Shown piece by piece: positions 17,879 to 28,467 of a stretch of 64,000 nucleotides of DNA. The notes under the pieces were generated by a model that made no database searches, was not told the DNA's origin, and saw nothing but the letters and a program-made list of their open reading frames with translations. The position numbers and the translations under genes are program-made. This DNA is from Chitinophagales bacterium (lineage in GTDB: Bacteria > Bacteroidota > Bacteroidia > Chitinophagales > UBA10324), in NCBI GenBank assembly GCA_039810885.1, contig JBDHXV010000004.1, positions 1,414 to 65,413 on the forward strand, given 5' to 3'. How positions within the stretch are numbered: position 1 is the stretch's first letter; each line of letters begins with the position of its first letter.

Positions 17879-19288
17879 CTATTCTTCTGCGTGCTTTTGC
17901 TCGTAGCCAAGTATCTTGAGCATGCTGGATGCTGTTTGTTGCTTGGCGAAGTGCCAGTGTTTCAGGTTTCCCTTGTTGTCGTAATTGATTAGTACATGTT
18001 GTGGAGATGGAATTAAGCAATGCTTAATGCCACCATAACCCGATAACTGATCCTGATAAGCGCCAATATGGAAAAAGCCTATGTATAATGGTTCACTGTT
18101 GCTGATTCGAGGTAAAAACACCTGATTAATGTGAGCTTCGGAGTTGTAATAATCGTGGCTGTCACATGTTAATCCGCCGAGGTTTACCCGTTGATACTCG
18201 GAGTCCCACTTATTGATGGGTAACATAAGAAAGCGTTGACCAATGCCCCACGTGTCAGGCAAAGTGGTAATGAATGACGAATCAATCATATACCATAACT
18301 CTGCATCATTTTGTTGCTTCTGTGCTAAAACTTTATATATAGCGACCCCACTTTCCCCCACAGTAAAACTTCCGAACTCCGTAAAAATATTGGGTACCGG
18401 AATTTTATTCTTCTTACACACATTCTTAATCTGTGTTACTATAGCTTTCACCATATATTCATAATCATATTCAAAACCTAAGGAATTTTTTATGGGAAAG
18501 CCTCCCCCAATATTGATCGAATCAAGTGTCGGGCATATCTTGCGCAGTTGACAGTAAACGTTTAGTGCCTTGTTCAATTCGCTCCAGTAATAGGCATCAT
18601 CTTTTATTCCGGTATTAATAAAGAAGTGCAGCATCTTCAGGCGGAATTTCTTATTATCATGAATTTTTTGAACATAAAATTCAAGAATATCGCGCCAGCG
18701 AATACCCAAGCGCGAAGTATAAAATTCGAATGAAGGTTCTTCTTCTGCGGCTATGCGTATTCCAATATTACAAACTCCTTTGACCAGGCGCTGATAACGA
18801 TTAATCTCTTCTTTATTATCCAAAATAGGAATCACATTAAAGCCATCATTAATTAGCTTGGAAATTTTGGAGGTGTAAAGATTATTTTTAAAGCCGTTAC
18901 ATATAACGAAACGCTCCTTATCGAAAGATCCCCGCTCATATAATTTCCGGATAATATCAATATCGTATGCATAACTTGTTTCTATATGTGTATCATTTTT
19001 TAATACTTCCTCTAGTATGTGAGAGAAATGCGAACTTTTAGTGCAGTAGCAATAATTGTATTTGCCTTCGTACTTCAACTCTTTAAATGCTTTTTTAAAC
19101 AAGGCTTTGGCTTTGTTAATCTGTGAGCTGATTTTAGGTAAGTAAGTAATCTTCATAGGCGTAGAATACGACCCAACGATTTCCATTAAATTAACTCCAT
19201 TAAAGTGCAGGTTGTTATTTTTTACTTCAAAACCTTCCTGCGGAAAATCGAAGGTTTGCTGTATCAGGTCGAGATAGGTATTGGACAT
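17879..19288 (-). CDS. speA: arginine decarboxylase-like fold-type III PLP decarboxylase
   Basis: YCTKSS (candidate PLP Lys), INIGGGFPI and GGLTCDSHDYY resemble Orn/Arg/DAP decarboxylase motifs. Length is typical of the short Bacteroidota arginine decarboxylase type. Confidence 0.65.
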   Translation of the reverse strand: MSNTYLDLIQQTFDFPQEGFEVKNNNLHFNGVNLMEIVGSYSTPMKITYLPKISSQINKAKALFKKAFKELKYEGKYNYCYCTKSSHFSHILEEVLKNDTHIETSYAYDIDIIRKLYERGSFDKERFVICNGFKNNLYTSKISKLINDGFNVIPILDNKEEINRYQRLVKGVCNIGIRIAAEEEPSFEFYTSRLGIRWRDILEFYVQKIHDNKKFRLKMLHFFINTGIKDDAYYWSELNKALNVYCQLRKICPTLDSINIGGGFPIKNSLGFEYDYEYMVKAIVTQIKNVCKKNKIPVPNIFTEFGSFTVGESGVAIYKVLAQKQQNDAELWYMIDSSFITTLPDTWGIGQRFLMLPINKWDSEYQRVNLGGLTCDSHDYYNSEAHINQVFLPRISNSEPLYIGFFHIGAYQDQLSGYGGIKHCLIPSPQHVLINYDNKGNLKHWHFAKQQTASSMLKILGYEQKHAEE

Positions 19289-19338
19289 TTCCTCTGTTGA
19301 AGCTGGAATATGATTTTATTAGTAATAAATGAGTTGGA

Positions 19339-19346
19339 CAAATGTA
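19339..19346 (-). promoter_or_regulatory. candidate -7 box (TACATTTG on minus strand), 50 nt upstream of the decarboxylase ATG
   Basis: Plus strand reads CAAATGTA. Confidence 0.45.
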
Positions 19347-19489
19347 TCTAATTTGAAAGTTCGATGATGCTCGTTTTTTACTATTAAAATCAAAGTAGAT
19401 AGGATGAAACTGCAATATCCTCATAGCATAGATATTTTTTAAATTGTAAAATCTTTTTTTGAAACTTGTACTCCATAAACTTTCATACA

Positions 19490-20782
19490 ATGAAATACGA
19501 TGCACCTCCTGCACAACTCTTTATAGAAAATCGCAAACATTTTTCAGCGCTAATGAAGCCCAATGCGATGGCGGTGTTTCATAGTAATGATGAAATGCCT
19601 CGCAGCGGCGATTCGTTTCTTCCCTTTCGACAAAACCCCGATTTGTTTTATCTCAGTGGTATAGATCAGGAAGATACGATGTTGTTGATTTATCCTGACT
19701 GCCCTCGTCCGGAATATAGGGAAGTGCTCTTTCTCAAGAAAACGAATGAACATATTGCTGTTTGGGAAGGACACAAATACACTATGGATGAAGCTTTAGC
19801 CGCATCCGGCATTCGCACTATTTTATGGAATGATGAATTTGAAACGATTCTTAATCTTCTGATGATTTATGCGGATACATGTTACCTCAACATAAACGAA
19901 AATGATCGTCAAGTGATGAAAGTGCCTTATCACGATTTACGCTTTGCACAAGAATTAAAGCAACGTTTCCCCATGCATCACTACGAGCGGGCCGGTCGGT
20001 TAACACAGCAGTTGCGAGAGATTAAATCCAAGTTTGAAATTGACATTATTCGTCATGCCTGTTCCATAACGGAGAAAGCTTTTCGTAGGGTATTGACCTT
20101 TGTTAAGCCGGGAGTAATGGAATATGAAGTTGAAGCTGAAATCATGCACGAGTTTATTCGTAATCGAGCAGGGTATGCCTACTACCATATCATTGCATCG
20201 GGAGCAAGTGCGTGCGTGCTGCATTATGTTGAAAACAATAAACAATGCAAAGACGGAGATATGCTGCTCCTCGACTTTGGTTCTGAGTATGCCAATTACG
20301 CCAGTGACTTAACCCGTACTATTCCCGTGAATGGAAAATTTACACCAAGGCAAAAAGAAATTTATAATGCCGTATTAAGCGTAATGAAGCAAGCTAAGCA
20401 GATGTTGCGCCCGGGCACGATCTTGAATGATTTAAACAATGAAGTGGGAAAAATTATGGAGGTAGAACTGATTAAACTTGGACTATTGGATGCCGATGCT
20501 GTGAAGAAGCAAAATCCGGATAAACCGCTTTATAAAAAATACTTTATGCATGGCACATCGCACTTTATGGGATTGGATGTGCACGATATCGGTAATCGTT
20601 TTGCTCCTATGAAAGCCGGCATGGTCTTTACTTGTGAGCCCGGAATTTATATTCCGGAAGAAAAGATAGGTATCCGAATCGAGAATGACATCTTAGTTAC
20701 CGATGGCGACCCCATTGACTTAATGAGCAGCATTCCGATAACGGCAGAAGAAATAGAAAGCCTGATGAGAGAAGGGCGTTAA
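19490..20782 (+). CDS. pepP: Xaa-Pro aminopeptidase (M24B)
   Basis: Motifs DFGSEYANYASDLTRT, HGTSHFMGLDVHD, EPGIY and IRIEND. The track start 19466 is TTG; ATG 19490 (MKYDAPP) is preferred. Confidence 0.85.
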   Translation: MKYDAPPAQLFIENRKHFSALMKPNAMAVFHSNDEMPRSGDSFLPFRQNPDLFYLSGIDQEDTMLLIYPDCPRPEYREVLFLKKTNEHIAVWEGHKYTMDEALAASGIRTILWNDEFETILNLLMIYADTCYLNINENDRQVMKVPYHDLRFAQELKQRFPMHHYERAGRLTQQLREIKSKFEIDIIRHACSITEKAFRRVLTFVKPGVMEYEVEAEIMHEFIRNRAGYAYYHIIASGASACVLHYVENNKQCKDGDMLLLDFGSEYANYASDLTRTIPVNGKFTPRQKEIYNAVLSVMKQAKQMLRPGTILNDLNNEVGKIMEVELIKLGLLDADAVKKQNPDKPLYKKYFMHGTSHFMGLDVHDIGNRFAPMKAGMVFTCEPGIYIPEEKIGIRIENDILVTDGDPIDLMSSIPITAEEIESLMREGR

Positions 20783-20871
20783 GCTATTCAACCTTTCGCT
20801 ATACCCTTTTTACCGTTGCTTTATGATGCCTGTTTAAAAAGGCGTTACGAGGTTATTAGAAAAACTACTGT

Positions 20872-22917
20872 TTACCAAATGACTGCACGTTCCTGCTCCG
20901 GACGGAACATTTTTTGAGTATCGTTAACATCATACACTTTATAGAAATCGTTGCAGTTGCTCAAGATACCATTACAGCGGAATTCTCCCGGCGAGTGCGG
21001 ATTGGTAAGAACTTGATTGCGAAGTGCTGCATCAGTGTATTTTATGCGCCATATCCGTGCCCAAGTCATAAAAAATCGTTCTTCGGGTGTGTAACCGTCA
21101 ATCTTTTCATTAGACGTAAATTGTTTACTTTTCTTAAAGGCATCGAGAGAAATCATTACTCCTCCAAGGTCAGCAATGTTCTCGCCTAAGGTTAACTTAC
21201 CGTTAATATGCAATGAATCTAATACAAAGAACTTGTTATACTGCTCTTCAAGCACTTTAGTCTTTTCTTCAAAACGTTTCGTGTCGTCCAACGTCCACCA
21301 GCTTTTTAAATTACCCTCTGCATCGAATTTGCTGCCTTCATCATCAAAGCCGTGAGTTAACTCATGACAAATAACAGCGCCTATGCCTCCATATAGAATG
21401 GCGTCATCAAAAGATTTATCGTAAAATGGAGGCTGTAAGATTCCCGCAGGAAATACAATCTCATTGTTAGAAGGATTATAGTAAGCATTTACGGTAAATG
21501 CATTCATTAGCCATTCTGTTCTATCAACCGGCTTATTGAGCTTATTCATATTTCGTTTAAACTCAAACTCCCAAGAGTGCAATATGTTTTTTGTAAAGCT
21601 TTCCTTATCTATATTAAGTGAAGAATAATCGCGCCACTTGTCCGGATATCCAACTTTCACCATAATTTTTTCCAGTTTATATATTGCTTTTTGCTTAGTA
21701 GAATCGCTCATCCAGTTGAGTTTTAAAATGCGTTGTTTAAAGGCATCTCGCATATTTTCAATGACTTCTTTCATGCGTGTTTTATCACTCTCGCTAAAAG
21801 CAACTTTTACATACTCTTCTCCCAATGCTTCGCCGATTGTTGAGCCGAGTGTGTTCATTACACGTTTCCAGCGCGGCTTGGGAGCTTTTACACCATATAA
21901 TATTTGCTGCTTAAAATGGAATGCACGCTGATATGAAGCATCGTCCATGTAAGGGTTCAGTTGATCAATCAAATGATGTGTGAGATAGAGTTTCCAATCC
22001 GAAATAGGGTATGTTTTTATTTTCTCATTTAAACGCTTCATAAATTCGGGCATACCAATATTCAATGTATCAACTACTCCCAGTTCGCAGGTTGTGAATA
22101 CATTTTTCCAATTTATATCCGGGGTAAACTTAACTAGCTCTGAGACCGACATCTTGTGATAAATGTTATAGGGGTTCCTTAATGAAACATTATCAAGTGA
22201 TTTTTCTGCTAATGATTTTTCAAGGTCATAAATTTTATTAGCTTGTTCCACAGCTTTTACTTCGTCAATACCTAATACCACAAGGTTTGAAGCCACATAG
22301 TTTTTATATTCTTTTTGAATTCGTTGCGTGGCTGTATCGTTTCGAAAGTAATAATCTCGATCGGGTAAGCCCAAGCCCGACTGGCTGATGTTTAAGATCA
22401 TCTTATTGGAATTAGCAGGATCCTGATCAGCATATAAATCAAAAAGCGGATTCAATCCTTGCGTAATGGCTTTTGCCAAATAGGTTACTAATTTTTCTTT
22501 TGAATCCACGGCATTTAATTCTTGTAACAGCGGCTCTATCACTTTTATTCCCTGTTCATTGAGCTTTGTGGAATCCATTCCTGTAGTATAGAATGCTCCT
22601 ACTTTGAAGCGGTTAGATGATGGGATTGCATTTTTATCGCTTGCCGCATCCTCTAATACTTTCCTCAAGATGCCATACCTTAATTCATCCACTTCATTAA
22701 AGGTGCCCCATTTTGACTCTGTACCCGGGATTGCCGTGTTATGAATCCAAGAGCCGTTAATACGCATATAGAAATTATCGCCGGCCGAAACGGTTGTATC
22801 AAAATCGGCAGGCTTAAATACCTGATAACTCATAGAATCTTGTTTCTGAGATTGTTTACATGATGCTGTTGCTAACAGGCATACAGCGCACATTATTCTT
22901 ATAAATTTATTTTGCAT
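20872..22917 (-). CDS. M13 family metalloendopeptidase (PepO/neprilysin-like) lipoprotein
   Basis: HELTHGFD zincin motif and ENIADLGG. The internal ATG 22917 gives the lipobox MQNKFIRIMCAVCLLATASC. The track start is TTG. Confidence 0.9.
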   Translation of the reverse strand: MQNKFIRIMCAVCLLATASCKQSQKQDSMSYQVFKPADFDTTVSAGDNFYMRINGSWIHNTAIPGTESKWGTFNEVDELRYGILRKVLEDAASDKNAIPSSNRFKVGAFYTTGMDSTKLNEQGIKVIEPLLQELNAVDSKEKLVTYLAKAITQGLNPLFDLYADQDPANSNKMILNISQSGLGLPDRDYYFRNDTATQRIQKEYKNYVASNLVVLGIDEVKAVEQANKIYDLEKSLAEKSLDNVSLRNPYNIYHKMSVSELVKFTPDINWKNVFTTCELGVVDTLNIGMPEFMKRLNEKIKTYPISDWKLYLTHHLIDQLNPYMDDASYQRAFHFKQQILYGVKAPKPRWKRVMNTLGSTIGEALGEEYVKVAFSESDKTRMKEVIENMRDAFKQRILKLNWMSDSTKQKAIYKLEKIMVKVGYPDKWRDYSSLNIDKESFTKNILHSWEFEFKRNMNKLNKPVDRTEWLMNAFTVNAYYNPSNNEIVFPAGILQPPFYDKSFDDAILYGGIGAVICHELTHGFDDEGSKFDAEGNLKSWWTLDDTKRFEEKTKVLEEQYNKFFVLDSLHINGKLTLGENIADLGGVMISLDAFKKSKQFTSNEKIDGYTPEERFFMTWARIWRIKYTDAALRNQVLTNPHSPGEFRCNGILSNCNDFYKVYDVNDTQKMFRPEQERAVIW

Positions 22918-22945
22918 AATTATCAAAAGGGTAATACCCTGCGGA

Positions 22946-22953
22946 CAAAAGTA
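22946..22953 (-). promoter_or_regulatory. candidate -7 box (TACTTTTG on minus strand), 28 nt upstream of ATG 22917
   Basis: Plus strand reads CAAAAGTA. Its position supports the 22917 start. Confidence 0.5.
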
Positions 22954-23069
22954 CTGTCCTGTTTTTTTACTGCTAAATAAATTACACAAGTGCGGAATAT
23001 GACAATACTCCTATTCCGTTTTTTGATTTTCAATATCTTTAACTTGTCAAAGAAATAAACTCATCGATT

Positions 23070-23474
23070 ATGAAACCTTCAGAAGAAATGATGCTTCGTC
23101 TTTATCACAAATTGGGTAAGCTATTTTATGCCGTAGCGGCTTCAGATGCTGAGGTAAAAAAAGAAGAGGCTGAAAAACTTTACGAAATCGTAAAAAGTGA
23201 TTGGTTACCGGTGGAAGACGCCGAAGACGATTTTGGTTCTGATGCTGCTTTTCAAATTATTTCGGCATTTGACTTATTAAACGATGCCCGTGCTTCTTCA
23301 ACAAGTTGTATGAAGCAGTTTGAGGATTTTTACAAATCTCATAAGTACTTGTTTACGGATAAGATTAAGAAACTTACCATGCTTACTGCAAATGCAATAG
23401 CTTCCAGTTTTAGGGGGAAAAACAAATCGGAACTCATAATTATTCAGGAGATTCAGCACCTCTTCAGGGGTTAA
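23070..23474 (+). CDS. TerB-like helical protein, unknown function
   Basis: 134 aa. LGKLFYAVAASDAEVKKEEAEKL resembles the TerB/DjlA N-terminal family. Weak assignment. Confidence 0.45.
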   Translation: MKPSEEMMLRLYHKLGKLFYAVAASDAEVKKEEAEKLYEIVKSDWLPVEDAEDDFGSDAAFQIISAFDLLNDARASSTSCMKQFEDFYKSHKYLFTDKIKKLTMLTANAIASSFRGKNKSELIIIQEIQHLFRG

Positions 23475-23549
23475 GAAAAATATTTTCTTTGTGCGTGCAA
23501 CCCTATGGTCTAATTTACAGACTATATAGTGCATTTTGCCGCAAATAGG

Positions 23550-24167
23550 ATGTATTTCATTAAAACTCCACAGATTTTAAAGCGTCTTTACCCTGATCAG
23601 ATATGGAGTCTTCCGGCATCAAATAAGAATATCTATTTGACCTTTGATGATGGTCCCACAAATGAGATCACAGAATGGATTCTGGATACACTTGTAAAGA
23701 ATCGGGCAAAAGCAACCTTTTTTTTAGTTGGCGATAACGTGCAACGCCTACCACATTTAGTGCAACAAATTCAACAGGGTGGCCATCACGTGGGAAACCA
23801 CACCCAAAACCATCTGAACGGATGGAGTACCGACACAAACGATTATTTACGCAATAGCCTTAAGTGCGCTGAGGTATTAAACACTCCGCTTTTTCGGCCT
23901 CCGTATGGTCGCATTACACGTGCACAGGCTCGCATTATGCAAAAGCGCTTTAAGATTATTATGTGGGATGTGCTCAGCGGAGACTTTGACAAGACGATAA
24001 GCAAAGAGCGGGTTCTACGAAATGTTCTCAATCATACCACTTCCGGTAGTATCATTGTTTTTCACGACAACATAAAGGCCGAGAACCGAATGAAGTATGC
24101 TTTGCCTCGCGTGTTAGACTACTTTGGTGAAAAGGGATTCACTTTCAACCCTATTCCTTATCAATAA
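23550..24167 (+). CDS. polysaccharide deacetylase (NodB homology) family protein
   Basis: IYLTFDDGP, HVGNHTQNH and RPPYG motifs. The track start 23529 is GTG; ATG 23550 is preferred. Confidence 0.8.
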   Translation: MYFIKTPQILKRLYPDQIWSLPASNKNIYLTFDDGPTNEITEWILDTLVKNRAKATFFLVGDNVQRLPHLVQQIQQGGHHVGNHTQNHLNGWSTDTNDYLRNSLKCAEVLNTPLFRPPYGRITRAQARIMQKRFKIIMWDVLSGDFDKTISKERVLRNVLNHTTSGSIIVFHDNIKAENRMKYALPRVLDYFGEKGFTFNPIPYQ

Positions 24168-24176
24168 GTTATTTTT

Positions 24177-25175
24177 TTAAATTAATCGTTCCGTTAACAA
24201 ACGGATTTCCAATATGGGAGCATGGCGAGCATATAAGATGTTATATGCAGCGTCAACAATGGGAATGTCTGCCTGAATTTCTTTATTAATATGATGAATG
24301 CAGGTTGTGGCGTAATACCCTTCAGCAACCATATTCATTTCTAACTGCGCAGATTTTACAGTGTAACCTTTGCCTATCATTGTTCCGAAGGTGCGGTTGC
24401 GGCTGAACTGTGAGTAGGCCGTAACCAAGAGGTCTCCGAGATAGGCACTGTCTTTAATATCTCGATTGATTGGATGTACTGCACGAATGAAACGTTCCAT
24501 TTCTTTAGATGCATTACTAATAAACACCGCCTGAAAGTTGTCTCCATACCCTAAACCATGACAAATTCCGGATACCAACGCATAAATATTTTTCAGCACA
24601 GCAGCATACTCAGTACCAAAAATATCGTCTGTTGGGTTAGCATGTATGTAGCGGCACCGAAATAGTTGCGTTAATAATTCTGCAAAATCTTTATCTTGAG
24701 AAGCCATAGTCAGATAGCTTAATTTCTCAAGAGCTACCTCTTCTGCATGGCAAGGCCCACTAATCACTCCAAACGATTTAAAGGGGACATTAAATTGTTG
24801 ATTAAAATATTCTGCTAGGATGAGATTATCTTCTGGAATCATACCCTTTACTGCGCTGACAACTTGCTTGCCCTCAAAAATGTTTTCGGGCAGATGTGCC
24901 AGGCTTGATTTTATAAAAGCAGCAGGAATAGCGATAACCACAATATCGGAGTTATTAATTACTTCTTCGAGATCTGCTTCTATACTATTTTGTGCAATGT
25001 GAAAAGAAACCGAACTCAAATAATTCGGGTTATGACCGATTTCAGAAAGATGATGTCGTATTTCTTTATTACGCACATACCAGTTCACCCGATGCTGGTT
25101 CTCGTTCAGAATTTTTACTAATGCGGTAGCCCAACTTCCCGCACCAAGTACTCCGACTTTTACTTGTAAGCTCAT
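24177..25175 (-). CDS. gpsA: NAD(P)H-dependent glycerol-3-phosphate dehydrogenase
   Basis: VGVLGAGSWATALV Rossmann motif. 332 aa with a GpsA-like C-terminal domain. Confidence 0.9.
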   Translation of the reverse strand: MSLQVKVGVLGAGSWATALVKILNENQHRVNWYVRNKEIRHHLSEIGHNPNYLSSVSFHIAQNSIEADLEEVINNSDIVVIAIPAAFIKSSLAHLPENIFEGKQVVSAVKGMIPEDNLILAEYFNQQFNVPFKSFGVISGPCHAEEVALEKLSYLTMASQDKDFAELLTQLFRCRYIHANPTDDIFGTEYAAVLKNIYALVSGICHGLGYGDNFQAVFISNASKEMERFIRAVHPINRDIKDSAYLGDLLVTAYSQFSRNRTFGTMIGKGYTVKSAQLEMNMVAEGYYATTCIHHINKEIQADIPIVDAAYNILYARHAPILEIRLLTERLI

Positions 25176-25181
25176 ATTGGT

Positions 25182-26486
25182 TTATTTTGACTCGTCTTCT
25201 TTGAAGAGTTCTTCTTTCTTTACCACAATGACAACCATGCCATCTTTTAATATTTTAGATATTGCACTATAGGGGGCATCTACTACTTGTTGTTTCTCTT
25301 CCAGTCCACTTTTAATTTCTATAAATTCATCATCTTGGATACCGGTAGTTACATTTACCGCCGAAAGTTTATCTCCTTTATTTAATACGAATACTATGGG
25401 TTGTACTTTCTTTTCTTGTGTGCTGTCTCCTGTTACAATAGTCGTTACCGATTGAATAGGGACCTTAAGTGCATTCTCTACCTTACGTGTTTTAATATCA
25501 ACGGCGCAACTCATTCCGGGTAGTAATGGGAATTTCTTTTGCTCTGCGTTAATCATATCCACATACGTATCCGGTAAGATTAAAATCTTCACTGTAAAAT
25601 TAGTGACTTGGTCGGTGCTTCCTGCGGCGGCAGACGAGTTCGCCGAATTGGCTATCTCGGTTACTACACCCTTAAACTTTTTATCGTTGTACGCATCAAG
25701 TGTAATCTCTGCGGTATCTCCTAAACCTACGCGCAACACATCACTCTCGCCTACATCAACACGTGCTTCCATTGCAAACAGGTTACTGATTCGAAACATT
25801 TCAGTACCTGCCATTTGATATGTAGCAACTACGCGTTCTCCTCTTTCGACATTCATCTTTGAAATAATTCCTCCCACAGGGGCAATGATGCTCGTTTTGC
25901 TCAAGTCGTCTCGCGCCTGCTTAACGCCTGCTTGAGCACTTTCCACATTAAACTTAGCCGCATCCACTTGTTGTTGCATACCGTTGTAATTAGCCAAAGC
26001 GGCTTTGTACTGCGTTTCTATCTGATCAAAATCAGAGGCGGCAATTACTTTTTGTTCAAATAAAGTCTTATTACGATTATAGTTTTTTTGTGCATTTTCA
26101 AATTGCACTTGCAATTGCGTCAGCTGAGCTAAGGTATTCAGATGATTGGCTTTAGCCGTGTTCAGTGTGGCAACGGCACGATCCAAAGCTGCGATGTAGT
26201 TATCCGGTTTTATGCGCGCAAGTTCCATGCCTGCATATACGGAATCGCCTTCCTTAACATATAGTTCTATGATTTCGCCGGCCACATCGGGACTGATTTT
26301 TACTTCGAGTGATGGATAGATTTTTCCGCTTGCCGTAACGGTTTCCGTAATGTTGCCTCGTACAACTTCTGCCACACTGACTTTTAAATGAGCATTCCCT
26401 CCGATAAATCCCATTTTCTTACCTATTATGATAAACACAATGAGTGCAACTACTACGAAGGCAGCAATCCAATAAATCCGTTTCAT
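25182..26486 (-). CDS. efflux transporter periplasmic adaptor subunit (HlyD/MFP family, MacA-like)
   Basis: N-terminal TM anchor, then lipoyl-like, long coiled-coil hairpin and beta-barrel segments. TAATG overlap with the TolC gene. Confidence 0.8.
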   Translation of the reverse strand: MKRIYWIAAFVVVALIVFIIIGKKMGFIGGNAHLKVSVAEVVRGNITETVTASGKIYPSLEVKISPDVAGEIIELYVKEGDSVYAGMELARIKPDNYIAALDRAVATLNTAKANHLNTLAQLTQLQVQFENAQKNYNRNKTLFEQKVIAASDFDQIETQYKAALANYNGMQQQVDAAKFNVESAQAGVKQARDDLSKTSIIAPVGGIISKMNVERGERVVATYQMAGTEMFRISNLFAMEARVDVGESDVLRVGLGDTAEITLDAYNDKKFKGVVTEIANSANSSAAAGSTDQVTNFTVKILILPDTYVDMINAEQKKFPLLPGMSCAVDIKTRKVENALKVPIQSVTTIVTGDSTQEKKVQPIVFVLNKGDKLSAVNVTTGIQDDEFIEIKSGLEEKQQVVDAPYSAISKILKDGMVVIVVKKEELFKEDESK

Positions 26487-27907
26487 TAGGGTAGTGTTAT
26501 TTTATTACCTTGATAAAAATCAAGAATTTTTAATTTAAAGAGATAGTCATACTTCGCTTGAAGCAGTTGAGATTCGGCGTCGTATAAATTCTTACGGGCC
26601 GTGCTGTAATCATATACATTCGTAACTCCGACTTCATATCGTTTTTGTGTAAAATCAAATGCTATTTGTAAAGACTCCAGTAGTTTTTTTTGTGAAGCAT
26701 AGCGCGATGAAGCCGCCTGTGCATCAGCATAAGCCGTGCTAATATCTCGTTTTAGGTTAAGTTTGGTTTGATCATAATTAAATCGAGCGATGCTCCATTG
26801 CAACTTACTTCGCTTTATTCCCGCATTAGTGCTCCATCCGTTTAGTATGGGGATGGAAATTCCCAGACCATAATTCTTACCTAAATTATTGTTTAGCTGG
26901 TCAGCAAAAGGAATGTTCTTGTAATGGTAAGTTAATTCCGGTGCCACAACCAATTGGTTCGTTGCCATAACATATCCTATGGGATAAATCGCCCCTGTGG
27001 TGTCATATCCTGTTACGTTTTTTGCAGCATCAGAATAACTGGTAAATAAACTATAACTGAAGTTAATGCTTGGATATCGCCCACCTCGCGCCACTTGCAG
27101 GGTTTTAAATGAACTTTGAAGATTGTAGTAACTGCTCATCACACTAGGAAAGGAGACCACCGCTTTATTAAATATACTATCGACGGCCCCGCTCCCATAC
27201 TCAAAATGTTCGGGTAGCTCTATGGAAGGCACTTCTACATCAACCGGCTTTTCAAGGTTCAACAACAACTGAAGGTTTAACAATGCGATATTCTGTTGGT
27301 TACGCGCAGCTATCAGATTCACTTCATCTTGTGCTACTTGAGCGTCTATATTGTAATTAGCGGATTCAGATTGCACGCCTGACGCGACTAATTTCTTTGT
27401 ACGTTCTTGTTGTTCTTTGCTTAGCGCAAGCGTTTGCTCTGCGCGCAATAGTTGCTCCTTTGCCATAACTATCTGCAAATAAGCATTGGCTACGTTTAAT
27501 GAAACATCATTTAGTGTTTGCTCTGCACTATATTTTGATGACATGTAAGCATAGTAACTTTCTCGCATCTGATTTAGTTTGCGAAGGCCTCCAAACAAGG
27601 TTATGGAAGTGCTGATGGTGCCGCTTCCGCCAGTTATGTTTTGTACGATATACGTATTTGTTGTAGGGTCAATATTCCGTCCGCGGCTGATGCCATAACT
27701 TCCGTTGGCATTCAGGTTAGGGAGAAAGTTAAACTTGCTTTGTGAATAATTAACTTCATTGAGTTCAGCATTTAGTTGTGTAATCTTTAGTTGAATATTA
27801 TTCTCGCGTGCATAACTGATACACCTATCCAAAGTCCATATTGGCTGAGCAAATACTATATTGTGTAAGCCACAAAATAGTAAAAAAAGGATAAAATACG
27901 GTTTCAT
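26486..27907 (-). CDS. TolC-family outer membrane efflux protein
   Basis: Signal peptide, and two repeated halves of long helical/coiled segments (LNAELNEVNY...; LQSSFKTLQVARGG...). ATG 27907 is preferred over the TTG at 27919, which lies inside the promoter box. Confidence 0.8.
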   Translation of the reverse strand: MKPYFILFLLFCGLHNIVFAQPIWTLDRCISYARENNIQLKITQLNAELNEVNYSQSKFNFLPNLNANGSYGISRGRNIDPTTNTYIVQNITGGSGTISTSITLFGGLRKLNQMRESYYAYMSSKYSAEQTLNDVSLNVANAYLQIVMAKEQLLRAEQTLALSKEQQERTKKLVASGVQSESANYNIDAQVAQDEVNLIAARNQQNIALLNLQLLLNLEKPVDVEVPSIELPEHFEYGSGAVDSIFNKAVVSFPSVMSSYYNLQSSFKTLQVARGGRYPSINFSYSLFTSYSDAAKNVTGYDTTGAIYPIGYVMATNQLVVAPELTYHYKNIPFADQLNNNLGKNYGLGISIPILNGWSTNAGIKRSKLQWSIARFNYDQTKLNLKRDISTAYADAQAASSRYASQKKLLESLQIAFDFTQKRYEVGVTNVYDYSTARKNLYDAESQLLQAKYDYLFKLKILDFYQGNKITLP

Positions 27908-27916
27908 CAAACAGGG

Positions 27917-27924
27917 CAAATATA
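27917..27924 (-). promoter_or_regulatory. candidate -7 box (TATATTTG on minus strand), only 9 nt upstream of ATG 27907
   Basis: Plus strand reads CAAATATA. Confidence 0.5.
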
Positions 27925-27976
27925 GCGGCTTGCTTTTTAGCTTCCGATGACTTAATTATGTATTTACATTAACGTT

Positions 27977-27984
27977 TAAATTTG
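27977..27984 (+). promoter_or_regulatory. candidate -7 box TAAATTTG immediately upstream of tadA
   Basis: The motif ends 1 nt before ATG 27986. This implies either a leaderless transcript or use of the in-frame ATG at 28004 (MREALKEA). Confidence 0.35.
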
Positions 27985-27985
27985 A

Positions 27986-28423
27986 ATGTCTAACGAGTAT
28001 TATATGCGCGAGGCCTTAAAAGAGGCTCATAAAGCTTTCGAAAAAGATGAAGTGCCCATTGGATCTGTATTAGTTTATAATAAGCAAATTGTTGCCCGTG
28101 GTCACAATCAGGTAGAACTCTTACAAGATATAACAGCCCATGCAGAGATTCTTTGTATAACGGCGGCTTCAGCAGCCTTTCATAGCAAGTATCTTACTGA
28201 TTATAGTCTTTATGTAACATTGGAACCATGCATGATGTGCGCCTCCGCAATTGGCTGGGCACAGATTTCACACCTGGTTTTTGGAGCCTACGATGAGCAA
28301 AAAGGGTTTACGCTTTACGCACCTTCTCCCCTGCACCCTAAGTGTTTGGTGGAGGGGGGTATATTACAACAGGAATGTAGTGTATTATTAAAAGATTTTT
28401 TTAAAAAAATAAGAGGCAAGTAA
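27986..28423 (+). CDS. tadA: tRNA adenosine(34) deaminase
   Basis: HAEILCI and LEPCMMCASAI (H-A-E ... PCxxC). Confidence 0.9.
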   Translation: MSNEYYMREALKEAHKAFEKDEVPIGSVLVYNKQIVARGHNQVELLQDITAHAEILCITAASAAFHSKYLTDYSLYVTLEPCMMCASAIGWAQISHLVFGAYDEQKGFTLYAPSPLHPKCLVEGGILQQECSVLLKDFFKKIRGK

Positions 28424-28467
28424 ACAGTGGCCGAAAGCCTTGAAGAATTATTTAAAATTGCAACCCA

